From the NCBI GenBank assembly GCA_009103225.1, contig RHPI01000810.1, positions 975,387 to 1,039,386 of the forward strand: a stretch of DNA of 64,000 nucleotides. Reading direction: 5' to 3'. The notes beneath the pieces were generated by a model, which made no database searches, was not told where the DNA came from, and saw only the letters and a program-made list of their open reading frames with translations. The stretch comes from Chlorokybus atmophyticus (Eukaryota; Plantae; Mesostigma and Chlorokybus algae). The translations under genes and the position numbers were made by a program. Numbering within the stretch: position 1 is the stretch's first letter; each line of letters opens with the position of its first letter. Positions 21,889 to 35,786 of this stretch are shown in pieces.

Positions 21889-24860
21889 GACCCGCTCGTA
21901 TAAACCAATATAAATCAATGCAGAGGTGCAGAGGTGCAAGCCCATACCTGCAGACCTTTGAAGCTGTTCTTCCATGCTTCTTTGCATGTCATATAACAAG
22001 CGCGTTGTCCCCAGCACACGAGTATGACAACATCTCGTTTATAGCAGCTTGCGTAAGGCCACAACCGTCGGTATTGCCAATAAAGTCCAGTAGCTTGTGC
22101 GTATATTGCTTAAGCAAAGCATCCTCACTGTTGTGCTGGCGGAGTTTTTTCACTATTTCTTGTCGACACCCAGTATCAACATTTGCACTCGATGCCGCTC
22201 CCCACACAACATGATGAACCAGGCACTGGTGGCGCATGTGTCGAGCAATGAACGACAAAGGGTGCAATAGTAGAAAAGCATGGTGATAACCATGCCACTC
22301 ACATGCAGCAAGACATGGCAGGACAATGCGTAATGACAACAAACCTACATAATGTGCTTGCATAGGTCACATGAAAATCTAAATTTATCAAACAACACTT
22401 GCGTGTTATTAGCCGCAGCCTGAGCAATACTGCGCTGTTCCTGTCCACTAGCACTTGCGTCCGCTTCCGTGTGGCCTTCAGCTTGCAAATAACTGTCCTC
22501 CGACATGTATACATGCAGTGTATGCAACCTGGTCGCCTAGAAGGCCAGCATGCGAGCGGCCTCTTTCTTTAGCTCGAGACACCTGGTGGCCTTGCGAGCA
22601 AGCACAAACATTGGTTGTGCCACTGCAGCAACGCGTAGGCGTCACCGTTTTAGGCAACACCGCCGCCAACTTGCCGCCAAAGCAACTGCCCTTGGCCGCG
22701 TGCAAACGCCACTAGTTCTTGTGTTTCAAGCTGTTGATGTATTGATATAAGGTGTTAACTCAATAACATTGGCATGACGCCTAATGCACACAATGTGGCC
22801 CATTTGGTCGGTGCACCGTAATGCCCCCGCGATGCATTGCGGTACTGTCACAGTGCGGTTGCGCCCAAAGTCCATTGTTCACTTTTACATTGACTTTAAA
22901 ACTCCAACGATTGGCAGCTGAGCTCATGGCAGTTGGAACTGATGTAGTTGTGGCGGCGGCGTCAACGGTCTATTGGTGGCGCAAGTATGAGCAGAGGTCG
23001 TTATGGCATCTGTGGCTGCCTTTGGCGTGGAGGCAATAGTTGAGAATGTCTATGCAAAAGCTATATGGATAGGCGTGCATTTCTCGGCTCGAACAACCCC
23101 TTATTGAAATTAATGGGTGGCAAGGGGACACATCTAATGCATACTTGAAGACATTGAGAAGTTGCGGCAACCGGCTCCAATTATGGTGCTAACACATGAC
23201 TCTTAAGATTCGTGCTTACCGCTCAAGTCTTAACTGCTACTAAACTCCACCTCATGCAGCTTTCCCACCGTTGTTTAATGCTTCAGGGTCAAGGGCGACT
23301 CGGGTACAAGAAGCATGATCGGTAATCATTTTAGTCTTGACAGTTGAAGCTCTTCCGTTGCACACGCTAGTATGCTATGCCCCGTTTGCGCATAAAGAGG
23401 TTCTTTACAAACTAATTGACGGCACCTATGTTGCTCTTGCTGCCACCAATTTACCCTTCTTCTCTACTTCTTGCAATTGTTGCACCTACGTGCCATGCTG
23501 CAAGTTGTGTGCTGCACAATTTTACATACACATTCTTGGTCACGGTCTACATCTCCGCAAGTGTTTTGATCATTATTATTAATCCTTTATATTAATCAAT
23601 AGGCGTGCGATTTTGCGCAAGTGCCGTACAGTATCGGTTATCATCCAGGTCTACGACGGGAACCAAGTTGACACCTGCATAGCCAAACACTTCCCTCAAG
23701 GCGTACGTGACAAGATCTTTGAGGCGGACCATCAGACCATAGTGAAGAAGGATGCCTGCGTCCTAGAGGTCTTCAAGTAGCACGAACCTCAAAATTGGTA
23801 ACATGACACTCCAGTGGGAGCAATGTGAGTAGTCACTCGTTTGCTGTCCTTTAAACACTGCCAGTCCTTGCAAGCAACCTTTGTTAAATGTGGTCTTTGC
23901 AATGTGACGGTATGACATATAGTGCAAATGTCTGTTGCCTTTAATTTTTGCAACATTCACACTGTCCTCGTGGTAGGCTTCATCAAGCTGCAGTGTATTG
24001 CGACGGTCAACAATAGTCATAAACGCGGCAATTGAATATGTAAGACTTTGAAGGAGGCGCGACGCCAATGCTCGAGCAATAAGGCAGGCATTGTGCTCCG
24101 CCTCGGGCTCAAACAAAAGCTAGTCTAACCACATCCATTGCCTTCCCGCGAGAGGCTCTTATAGAAGCTGAGGTCGTCCTGTTGGGCATCGGGGCTTCAA
24201 ACGGCATCGACCCCAGAAAAAAGACATCACCAATGCCGAGCAGGCCAGATGCATAACTTGCTATGCTACACGCTTTGTCACTCCACCACTGGACACTGCA
24301 GCTGTGTGCACCACATGCTTTTGCTGTCTTTATAAACATTTGGTTGCGCAGCCCTGAAGGCTCCAATGCTCAGGCCCTCTTTTTGGATGTAACGATTGGC
24401 ACTGCTATAGTCAGGGCAGTCCGCCTTGGGAGCGTTTTCCGCTGCTACGAGATACAGCTTAAGTACATGACCAAGCTTGTAAGTTGCCCCAAAAAAAAAA
24501 TAGGCACGCATTGTTGCTACCGACAAGAATGGGTGGTATGGCGAGTCAGCACATCGGCTTAGCAAATGCGCAAATGCTGTTGACAGGTTGCAACGCTCAT
24601 ACCCACAACAATTTTGCACAATTGTTCTTACAGGCTGATTGTGCACGTGGGTAAAGTCCCAATGTGGCAGCATTTGTAAGCGCGTGCAAGGTAGTATATC
24701 CATGCAACGGCTGCGGCAACTTCGCATTCAATGACCTCTACAGGGTAAAACTTCGCGTGCAGCCAGTGTAAGATAACCTGCATGGGTGGCCTGAGGCTCC
24801 ACCACCATAGTTGCCGATATTTAATAAAGAGGTATGCCTCACTGTGTGCATATTAGCTAA
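21889..24860. mobile_element. Highly decayed DNA-transposon-like sequence (possible CACTA N-terminal piece on - at 21890-22400; possible hAT piece on + at 22450-23150)
   Basis: KLLDFIGNTDGCGLTQAAINEMLSY (-); YWWRKY...LPLAWRQ*LRMS resembles the hAT dimerisation region (+). Many stops; weak motif recall only. Confidence 0.35.
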
Positions 24861-24870
24861 CCACTGCAGC

Positions 24871-26346
24871 TGTTAAAGGTTATAGGTTGTGGAAGGTATG
24901 TACCTTCCACAACATGTATATAGGCGGCGCCTACATGCAGTTGGTACGATTAGCTTAACCTTAATATTTATTAGATTTACACGAGTTACAGCAGTCACGG
25001 TCATTATGGTTAACCGTGGTCAACTTTTACTTGCAGCTGTTGACTTTGACCATTGACTTTAACTAGAGTTGCCTAAAGTTGACCAGTGCTTAGTAGCATA
25101 GTATATAAGATACTGTATACTGCTTAATACAATGGGTCGCACATTGTCTCTGTAGTTGGCGTGCTGTTTGCACTTGTCTTTAGTGTGTGCACACTGATAT
25201 GCGAGAGGCGCATCACTCATTCTCAATAGGTTATGGGCCCACACTTGCTTGTGCTAGTGAGAGAAAGTGTTGAGCACGGGAGCCTACTGGTAGAGTATTG
25301 TTGGGGAGAGGGTGAGTTGTATTATTGTGTAGCGAGCAATGGCTGACACAGATAGGATCCCCTTAAAGTCCCTCGATCTGCACAGCTGTATTTCATGGTC
25401 GATAAGGATGAAATTGGTGCTGATCCGCAAGAAGCTTTGGATATTTGTGGACCCCACCTCCTTCACATCATTACGGCCTAAAACATGTGACATTAATACC
25501 TGGACACAGAACTCCCGATTAGCTTTTGCACTAACATGCTTGAAAGTTAAAGGCTTCCATCTCCCTCTTATTATAAATTGCAAGACTGGACGTGAGGCGT
25601 GGGAGGTATTCAACACCCTTTTTAGGGCCAACAGCAATGCGCGCAAGTTGCAACTGAGGCACAAGCTCACATTCTTGAAGACTGAGCACAAAGAGCCAGT
25701 CCCGAAGTAGATCACGCTTGCAAGGGAGCTTTTGCAAGACCTTGCAGCAGTGGGCTACGATATGGAGGAAGAGAAGGTGATGTGGGCAGTCTTAGCTGGC
25801 GTAGGCAAGAGCTTTACTACACTAGTGACTTTGTTGGAGTCCTCAGATGTGGTGTTGAAGTTTGCTACTGTAATACCAAAGTTGCTTGCTGTGGAAGGCA
25901 AGTTAAGTGTTGAAGAGATGGAGCATGGTGGCGAACCTATCGCAGTTGCTGCCTCATCTTCTCAACACACACGAAACAGGAGCAAAGCAGGTGGTGGGAA
26001 GCCATCACGTGACAAAGAGTGTCACTACTGTAAGATGAAGGGCCACTTCATTCGCGAGTGCCAAAAGAGGATCCACGATGAGGCAACCAAGGAGGAGCAC
26101 GCCACGATGGCGATTGCTTTCTAGCATTGGTGAGGACCTGAAGGAGTTGCAGTGGATGGTGTTCGTCTGTCCTCTCCAACTGCAAGGGCGTGTGAAGGAC
26201 ATGCGCAGACGGAGGTCGCAGACACAAAGGTCTGTGAGAGTTACTGCTAGCCTATGAGTAGTTGCTGGTGTTGAGCTGCATACACTAGAGGTTGCATTGC
26301 TGTGGAGTTGTTTTTTGGTAGCACACAGGTGTGCGGTACTGGATAG
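24871..26346 (+). mobile_element. Older diverged gag-only copy (LTR 24871-25228, PBS, frameshifted gag 25339-26124), truncated by an inversion junction
   Basis: LTR and gag 5' part carry many substitutions; ORFs 25339-25710 and 25732-26124; sequence switches strand at GGATAG|GTTTTGCC. Confidence 0.88.
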
Positions 26347-27258
26347 GTTTTGCCAAAGCTCCCTTGCACGCGAGATGTACTTCTGTATTGGCTCGTTGTG
26401 CTCCATCTTCAGAAGTGTCAGCTTGCGTCTCAGCTGCAACTTGCGCGAGTTGCTATTGGCCTTGAAGAGGGTGTCGAAGACCTCCCACGCCTCACGTCCA
26501 GTCTTGCAATCCGCAATAAGAGGGAGATGGAAGTCTTTGACGTGCAAGCCTATCAGCGCAAAAGCTGATTGTGAGTTCTCTGTCCAGGTACCAGTGTCAC
26601 CTGTTCTTGGCCGCAATGATGTGGAGGAGGTGGGGTCGACAAAACTCCAAAGCTTCTTGCGGATCAGCACCAACTTCATCTTCAGCGACCATGAAGCGTA
26701 GTTGTGCAGATCAAGGGACTCGATGGGCATCCTATCTGTGTCAGCCATTACTTGCTACACAATAGTACAACTCACCCTCTCCCCAAGAACACTCTTCTAG
26801 TAGGCACCTATGCTCAACACTTTCTCTCACTAGCACAAGCAATCACACAAGCGAGTGTGGGCCCATAACCTGTTGAGAACTAGTGATGCGCCTAGTGTGT
26901 GTGTATTTGCCTCTTACATACAAGTGTGCACACATTAAGGACAAGTGCAACAAGCACGCCAACTATAGAGACAATGTGCGACCCACTGTATTAAGCAGTA
27001 TACAGTGTCTTATATACTATGCTACTAAGCACTAGTCAACTCTAGTCAACTCTGGTCAAAGTCAACACTAGTCAACACTAGTCAATGGTCAAAGTCAACG
27101 GTCAAAGTCAAAGTTGACCATGGTTGACCATAACTGCCGTAACTCCCGTAACTCCCGTAACTCTCGTAACTCTCGTAACTATAAAGGTTAAGCTGATCGT
27201 ACCGACTACATGTAGGCGCCGCTATACATGTACTTTCAACAAGCTATAACATTCAACA
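26347..27258 (-). mobile_element. 3'-truncated young gag-only copy (5' LTR 26871-27258, PBS, gag N-half 26347-26748)
   Basis: MADTDR...ELWQN then breaks; its LTR abuts a partial LTR (27259-27402), consistent with insertion into that LTR. Confidence 0.88.
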
Positions 27259-29339
27259 GTCAAAGTTGACCATGGTTGACCATAACTGCCGTAACTCTCG
27301 TAACTATCGTAACCCCGGTAACCATAAAGGTTAAGCTGATCGTACCAACTACATGTAGGCGCCGCCTATACATGTACTTTCAACAAGCTATAACATTTAA
27401 CACTCCCACGCGAGCAGCTTGACCTTGAACTCCAAGTTCTTCTCGCAAGCTTACCCACATTAACTTACTCCATTGAACACTCCCACGGATCTGTTGCTCC
27501 CACGGACTTTATGCTTGTCTCCATGACACCATCTTTCTCCTCATGCTGCCACCAGGATTACAAGGTTCCAATACTCCTGGTTTCCTCCTCATAGTTGTCG
27601 CATCAGGTTCCACCACGCCACGCCTGACCTTGCTCAGGTGGTTTCGAGGACTCCCTCAATGGCAAACTATGCTATAAACTACACTGAGTTCTCTACCTTA
27701 GCAATGCTGAACCAGAGTGTAGGCCGTGCAAGGGTTGATCAGACCCTTCTACCAAGGAAAGCACCCCTCTCATCTCCTGTTAGCTAGCTATACAACTCAG
27801 TCCTTGCATGCCAATCAATTGAAGTGTTCTATCCAGTACCGCACACCTGTGTGCTACCAAAAAACAACTCCACAGCAATGCAACCTCTAGTGTATGCAGC
27901 TCAACACCAGCAACTACTCATAGGCTAGCAGTAACTCTCACAGACCTTTGTGTCTGCGACCTCCGTCTACGCATGTCCTTCACGCGCCCTTGCAATGGGA
28001 GAGGACGGACGAACACCATCCACTGCAACTCCTTGAGGTCCTCACCAATGCTAGAAAGCAATCGCCAGCGTGGCGTGCTCATCCTTGGTTGCCTCATCGT
28101 GGATCCTCTTCTGGCACTCGCGAATGAAGTGGCCCTTCATCTTGCAGTAGTGACACTCTTTGTCACGTGATGGCTTCCCACCACCTGCTTTGCTCCTGCT
28201 TCGTGTGTGTTGAGAAGATGAGGCAGAAAGTGCGATAGGTTCTCCACCATTCTCTATCTCCTGAACATCCAACTTGCCTTCCACAGCTAGCAGCTTAGGC
28301 ACTACATCAGCAAACTTCAAAACCACATCTGAGGACTCCAACACAGTCACTAGCGTAGCAAAGCTCTTTCCTAAGCCAGCTAAGACTGCCCACATCACCT
28401 CCTCTTCCTTCACATCGTGGCCCACTGCTGCAAGGTTTTGCCAAAGCTACCTTGCACGTGAGATGTACTTCTGTATTGGCTCGTTGTGCTCCATCTTCAG
28501 AAGTGTCAGCTTGCGTCTCAGCTGCAACTTGCGCGAGTTGCTGTTGGCCTTGAAGAGGGTGTCGAAGACCTCCCACGCCTCACGTCCAGTCTTGCAATCC
28601 GCAATGAGAGGGAGATGGAAGTCTTTGACGTGCAAGCCTATCAGCGCAAAAGCTGATTGTGAGTTCTCTGTCCAGGTACTAGTGTCACCTGTTCTTGGCC
28701 GCAATGATGTGGAGGAGGTGGGGTCGACAAAACTCCAGAGCTTCTTGCGGATCAGCACCAACTTCATCTTCAGCGACCATGAAGCGTAATTGTGCAGATC
28801 AAGGGACTCGATGGGCATCCTATCTGTGTCAGCCATTGCTTGCTACACAATAGTACAACTCACCCTTTCCCCAAGAACACTCTACTAGTAGGCGCCTATG
28901 CTCAACACTTTCTCTCACTAGCACAAGCAATCACACAAGCGAGTGTGGGCCCATAACCTGTTGAGAACTAGTGATGCGCCTAGTGTGTGTATATTTGCCT
29001 CTTACATACAAGTGTGCACACATTAAGGACAAGTGCAGCAAGCACGCCAACTATAGAGACAATGTGCGACCCACTGTATTAAGCAGTATACAGTGTCTTA
29101 CATACTATGCTACTAAGCACTGGTCAACTCTGGTCAACTCTGGTCAAAGTCAACACTAGTTAACACTGGTCAATGGTCAAAGTCAGCGGTCAAAGTCAAA
29201 GTTGACCATGGTTGACCATAACTGCCGTAACTCCCGTAACTCTCGTAACCCCCGGTAACCATAAAGGTTAAGGTGATCGTACCAACTACATGTAGGCGCC
29301 GCCTATACATGTACTTTCAACAAGCTATAACATTTAACA
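27259..29339 (-). mobile_element. Gag-only copy with partial 3' LTR (27259-27402), gag 28051-28836 with one nonsense codon, 5' LTR 28959-29339
   Basis: ORFs 28447-28836 and 28051-28425 are in frame, separated by GAG>TAG. Confidence 0.9.
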
Positions 29340-29984
29340 TTTATATATATACGGCACGTTATCGGCAGCCACGGATCTATTTAAGGCAATGGGATCCAGC
29401 ACCCATTAAGAATCCCAATACTCATCGGCAAAGTAGGGAGCTATACAGGTTTGCCACCAAGAAGACCTGGATCATGCTGCCGCAAGATGAAGCATGTTGT
29501 TTGTAAACGACATAACCAAGGCTCTCGAGTTGCAGTGGCGCAAGAAAAGTCTCACAAAAGTCAGAAAGCAAAACTACTTGCATTAGGTAGGGATTACCAT
29601 CGTGTGCAGTATGGTGTGATAGGCAGTCTTTGTCATGCATAGCTTTTGCTTTAGGCTTTGGTCATAGTGTGCCACACAGCACACTGCAGCTTGTATGGTA
29701 GCTACGTATAGGCAAGTAATGTCATTAACAGCAATCTTGGTTGGGCATTGCCACCTTATGTAGTGCCCTGTTTGGTAAACATGCATGCGTATGTCATTCG
29801 AGCAAACCACATGGTGTGTATACGTGCCATTGTGAATTACTTCATGATTATAATGGGACAAGTGTGCATTGTTGCCACGATGGCCCCTACTATGCAACCA
29901 GGCTTGGTGTGCATCTATGCCACTTTGGTGGTACACAATGACCATAACTGGTGTTGATGCATTCCAGCATGGCATGCTTAGTTG

Positions 29985-30200
29985 TAACCATGGTTGGTGT
30001 GGATGCGGGACAATATGTCATGCCTGCTTATAACCATGGTTGGTGTGGATGTGGGACAGTATGGCGTGCACGGTTATGACCATGGCTGATGTATATACAA
30101 GATAGCACGGCGTGCATGGTCATGAACTTGGTTGGTGTCAATGTAGGACAGTATGGCGTGCATGGTTATGACCATGGCTGGTGTCCTTGCAGGATAGTGT
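29985..30200. repeat. 46-bp minisatellite, about 4.7 degenerate units
   Basis: T(A/G)ACCATGG(T/C)TG... recurs at 29985, 30031, 30077, 30123, 30169. Confidence 0.85.
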
Positions 30201-33200
30201 GGTGGTAATCGTCGTGGCCATGTATGGCAGTATAATTTACCGCCACGCCTGGCGTGTATATATCATTTATTTACCACCAATGTGGTCGCAAACTGGCGAC
30301 CAAGTTAACTACGCGCACCATGTATGGATGCGGAACTGGCTCAACCATACAATGTATGGCTCTTATTAGGGGAACCATATAGTTCGTGCTGCATCTTCCA
30401 TGCGTAAGCTCCACATATGTCAATGCAGCTTCACATGTTGTGAACACATACATATGTAAAAGCAACCATGTGATTTCCTTTCAACATTATGTCATATAGC
30501 TACACATTTCCATTGAAGCACTATGCCGTGCTAAGTATCAAATGCCGTGTGGCACATGGCCATATGCATGCCGGTTGAGCGTTGTGCAGTGCTGCACATG
30601 AATAGACATGTGTGGTACATGGCCATGCCATTTTTGCGCTGAGCTATGCTACGTACTATGTGTAAGATGAGCACACGTTCCCTACGGATGGCGTCCCTTG
30701 AAGAGAATGTAGGACCGAATGGCAAAGCATCCATGTGGAGCGAAAATAGCTAGGGAAGCGCCCAACTCAATGTTGGTGAGCAAGAAGGGCGTTGGCAAGC
30801 TCAAAGCAGTGACAACTATTGTTGTGGACGTTGGGGATATCAATAGCGGAGGCACTGTTGTGCACGCCATAGCTGAGTGCTCATGGTAATTTTCCATTTG
30901 TTGAGTGTGGGGTGCCTGGTGTTACTATAAAAAGGGCCTTCCCCCGCCCTATGTTGGGTGGGTATTTAAGAGAGGGGTAAGAGCTGCCATGGGGAGGTGT
31001 ACATCAAAGAAGCTTTCAAGAGCTGCTACAAGCTGCACCATGCAGCTCTCATCCACGTAGAGTTCAAGGGAGCACATTCTTCATCCTCCCTTTTGCCTAT
31101 GCATGTTTCCCTCTCCACACGAAGGGAGCATTGTGCATGTGAATGTTTGCAAATTGGGCATGAGTGTCTACATTATGTGCAGACTTGTGCACATAGTTCA
31201 TATGACGTGCACCTATGCATGATTCATATACATGTATGTGTGATGTGCATTACCCATATGATTATGCATGCGTCAAGTAGTCGAATCGGCTGGGCCTTAA
31301 TAGGCACAACTTGTTTTGATTGAATGTTCCTGGCGCACTTCTATCCGGCTTGTAGCCAATGGCTGGAATCAAGCCACAATAGTTGTTGTTTAATGAGTGA
31401 AGAGGGCGGTGGTCGCAACCATGCCTTGTGGACCACTATTAACGCCGCCATCGCCATTGTTATGGCTACTTTTTGGGCAACCCGTAAGCAAAAATGTATT
31501 TATAGACAGAGGATAGTGTCAAAGAGTACAAGTTGCAAGAATAAAACCGAACTACTAGAGAAGGGTAGAAAATTAATATGCTACTAAGCTAGGGAAGTTA
31601 GCCACAGAGCAGCTACAAGCCTGTGCTCAAGAGAGATGTGTCCCAACCACACAACCGCGGGAGGCGACGAGGAGAAGTCAACCGAGCATAGAATAGAGTT
31701 GTGACCTCAGCATTCAGCAAAGGAGGCAACCGCCATCTCCCTCTTACCCTCCGCGGAAGGCGTAAAGCACGCCTCCCCCACCAATCTTCACAAGCACGAG
31801 AACGAAGCAACGAGCGCAACCTATTGAAGAGAGCATCAAGCGAAGCAAACTTGTGGCCGTAACAAATAGCGTAGCGATGGCACTACAGTGCCCAAAGACA
31901 GATGGGGCGGAGAATACGCCATAAAGAAGAGAATTGAGGAGGGGCCGGGGGAACGCTCTTCAAAAATAGCAGGGAGGGGTAGGAGAGGTCCACCATGGCG
32001 CTGAACTTAAGAACAACAAACCGACCCACTCCCATATTAACTTTGCAGTCGGGCAGGTAGCAAACACGTGCAAGATCGACTCAACTGGCTCCTCCCCGCA
32101 CGCAAGGCAGGCAGGGTCCACTCCCATGTGCATGAGACGGTCACTAGTGTACAAGGCCCGATGCGCTATTAGCTACAAGAGAGAAACCTATGTACTCGGA
32201 GCGCGAATAGAGTGCAGGAGACCCCAACCCTGCTCCACTAAATGGGCGGAGCCAGCGCTGTGAGGCCGGCGCTTGCTCTATAAAAGCCAGTATTTGAGCT
32301 TGGATGAATAGTACTACATCAAAAAGGTCGAGAGCGAGGCGGAGTCATGCCCCTACCATGAAGCCGAGGAGGAGTCGCGATAAATATTTGTAAGAGGAGC
32401 CCCTCCCACTACCGATCAGCCCCCAAAGCGGGCGGCTTTGGGGAGGTCAAGTCAGGCGGGGGAATAAGGGCGAGGCGAGGAGCGGCAAACGAGCGGGAAA
32501 AGGAAAAACACAAATGCGGCAAAGCCGCAGGTGTGAGAGCGAACGAGCAGGTTTTGAACATGTCAGTCGATGGGTATCGCTGTCTTCCACAGCAAACAAA
32601 ACACGCGTGCATTCCGTAGAAGAGAAGCGCTCCACATGTGCTAAGGACATTGCATCTGACTGCGACAGCAGCCCCCACCACTCACCTGGGAGTGGATTTT
32701 GGGCTTGCACGAAGAACATCCTGCCAAGTCGCAGGGGTGCAGCTCCACAAGAAGGCCAGGCAATTAGCTGCCCGCCCGGGCACTCAGCGGGACACCTTGC
32801 TTGCTGAGCAAAGGCGCCGCTTGAGGTCATCCCACAGATCCACAACTTGGTGAAAGCTAGCTGCGGCTCATGAAAGGTAGCGAGAATGAGTAGAGCCGGC
32901 GCCAACAACTGCTCCATCCCATGTGTGGATGAGCGGGTTGCAAAAGAGATGCTGTCGAAGGACAGCATTATACGAGGGAGCTAATTGTGTTAAAGGACGC
33001 ATCAGCAGCCATAACAAGATAATGTACTTCAAGTGCTTGGGCACAAGCTTGTGCACTGGAAGGCTATTTAAAAAAGTGTGTAGCGCCAGCAGGTAGTCAT
33101 CTGACGATGGGGTAACTAGGTTGCGGGAACAAGCACGAAGATTGTGGAAAGCCAGGACTTTTCACGGAGCCCAACCTGGCTCGACTACACGAATAGCCCA

Positions 33201-33457
33201 CTTGGCCAACAGGGCCCGAACTTGGAGGGCGGGATCAAGAATGCCTAGCCCACCCGCATCTTTGGGAAGGCACGTAGTCTCTCAGCTAACCCGGCCTTGC
33301 TTGGCCGGAGATGCCCCATTAGTTGAAGAGCTAAAAAGAAGCGAGGTGCAAGCACGCTGCAGAGCATCAAGAGCACGCTGAGAGGGAAGCGCAATCGCCG
33401 CAATCTACCAGAGGCAGGTGTTGAGAACTAGTGATGCGCCTAGTGTGTGTGTATTTG

Positions 33458-35786
33458 TGTTAGATGTTATAGCTTGTTGAAAGCACATGTATAGGCGGCG
33501 CCTACATGTAGTTGGTACGATCAGCTTAACCTTCATAGTTACGGGAGTTACGAGAGTTACGAGAGTTACGGGAGTTACGGCAGTTATGGTCAACCATGGT
33601 CAACTTTGACTTTGACCATTGACTTTGACCATTGACTAGTGTTGACTAGTGTTGACTTTGACCAGAGTTGACTAGAGTTGACTAGTACTTAGTAGCATAG
33701 TATATAAGACACTGTATACTGCTTAATACAGTGGGTCGCACATTGTCTCTATAGTTGGCGTGCTTGCTGCACTTGTCCTTAGTGTGTGCACACTTGTATG
33801 TAGGAGGCAAATACTTACACACTAGGCGCATCACTAGTTCTCAACAGGTTATGGGCCCACACTCGCTTGTGTGATCGCTTGTGCTAGTGAGAAAAAGTGT
33901 TGAGCATAGGCGCCTACTAGTAGAGTGTTCTTGGGGAGAGGGTGAGTTGTACTATTGTGTAGCAAGCAATGGCTGACACAAATAGGATGCCCATCGAGTC
34001 CCTTGATCTGCACAACTACGCTTCATGGTCGCTGAAGATGAAGTTGGTGCTGATCCGCAAGAAGCTTTGGAGTTTTGTCGACCCCACCTCCTCCACATCA
34101 TTGCGGCCAAGAACAGGTGACACTGGTACCTGGACAGAGAACTCACAATCAGCTTTTGCGCTGATAGGCTTGCACGTCAAAGACTTCCATCTCCCTCTTA
34201 TTGCGGATTGCAAGACTGGACGTGAGGCGTGGGAGGTCTTCGACACCCTCTTCAAGGCCAATAGCAACTCGCGCAAGTTGCAGCTGAGACGCAAGCTGAC
34301 ACTTCTGAAGATGGAGCACAACGAGCCAATACAGAAGTACATCTCGCGTGCAAGGGAGCTTTGGCAAAACCTTGCAGCAGTGGGCCACGACGTGAAGGAA
34401 GAGGAGGTGATGTGGGCAGTCTTAGCTGGCTTAGGAAAGAGCTTTGCTACGCTAGTGACTGTGTTGGAGTCCTCAGATGTGGTTTTGAAGTTTGCTGATG
34501 TAGTGCCTAAGCTGCTAGCTGTGGAAGGCAAGTTGGATGTTCAGGAGATAGAGAATGGTGGAGAACCTATCGCACTTTCTGCCTCATCTTCTCAACACAC
34601 ACGAAGCAGGAGCAAAGCAGGTGGTGGGAAGCCATCACGTGACAAAGAGTGTCACTACTGCAAGATGAAGGGCCACTTCATTCGCGAGTGCCAGAAGAGG
34701 ATCCACGATGAGGCAACCAAGGATGAGCACGCCACGCTGGCGATTGCTTTCTAGCATTGGTGAGGACCTCAAGGAGTTGCAGTGGATGGTGTTCGTCCGT
34801 CCTCTCCCATTGCAAGGGCGCGTGAAGGACATGCGTAGACGGAGGTCACAAACACAAAGGTCTGTGAGAGTTACTGCTAGCCTATGAGTAGTTGCTGGTG
34901 TTGAGCTGCATACACTAGAGGTTGCATTGCTGTGGAGTTGTTTTTGGTAGCACACAGGTGTGCGGTACTGGATAGAACACTTCAATTGATTAGCATGCAA
35001 GGACTGAGTTGTATAGCAAGCTAACAGGAGATGGGAGGGGTGCTTTCCTTGGTAAAAGGGTCTGATCAACCCTTGCACGGCCTACACTCTGGTATAGCAT
35101 TGCTAAGGTAGAGAACTCAATGTAGTTTATAGCATAGTTTGCCATTGAGGGAGTCTCTGAAACCACCTGAGCAAGGTCAGGCGTGGCGTGGTGGAACCTG
35201 ATGCGACAACTATGAGGAGGAAACAAGGAGTATTGGAACCTTGTAGTTGTGCTGGCAGCACGAGGAGAAGGATGGTGTCATGGAGACAAGCTTCAAGTCC
35301 GTGGGAGCAACACATCTGTGTGAGTGTTCAATGGAGTAAGTTAATGTGGGTAAGCTTGCAAGAAGAACTTGGAGTTCAAGGTCAAGCTGCGTGGGAGTGT
35401 TAGATGTTATAGCTTGTTGAAAGCACATGTATAGGCGGCGCCTACATGTAGTTGGTACGATCAGCTTAACCTTCATAGTTACGGGAGTTACGAGAGTTAC
35501 GAGAGTTACGGGAGTTACGGCAGTTATGGTCAACTATGGTCAACTTTGACTTTGACCATTGACTTTGACCATTGACTAGTGTTGACTAGTGTTGACTTTG
35601 ACCAGAGTTGACTAGAGTTGACTGGTACTTAGTGGCATAGTATATAAGACACTGTATACTGCTTAATACAGTGGGTCGCACATTGTCTCTATAGTTGGCG
35701 TGCTTGCTGCACTTGTCCTTAGTGTGTGCACACTTGTATGTAGGAGGCAAATACTTACACACTAGGCGCATCACTAGTTCTCAACA
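33458..35786 (+). mobile_element. Young full-length gag-only element nested in the 3' LTR of the previous copy (LTRs 33458-33846, 35398-35786)
   Basis: TSD ATTTG at 33453-33457 and 35787-35791; both LTRs share the private TGTTAGATG start and differ at about 3 sites. Confidence 0.95.
33969..34754 (+). CDS. Gag, 261 aa, intact
   Basis: Uninterrupted ORF with CCHC knuckle. Confidence 0.92.
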   Translation: MADTNRMPIESLDLHNYASWSLKMKLVLIRKKLWSFVDPTSSTSLRPRTGDTGTWTENSQSAFALIGLHVKDFHLPLIADCKTGREAWEVFDTLFKANSNSRKLQLRRKLTLLKMEHNEPIQKYISRARELWQNLAAVGHDVKEEEVMWAVLAGLGKSFATLVTVLESSDVVLKFADVVPKLLAVEGKLDVQEIENGGEPIALSASSSQHTRSRSKAGGGKPSRDKECHYCKMKGHFIRECQKRIHDEATKDEHATLAIAF

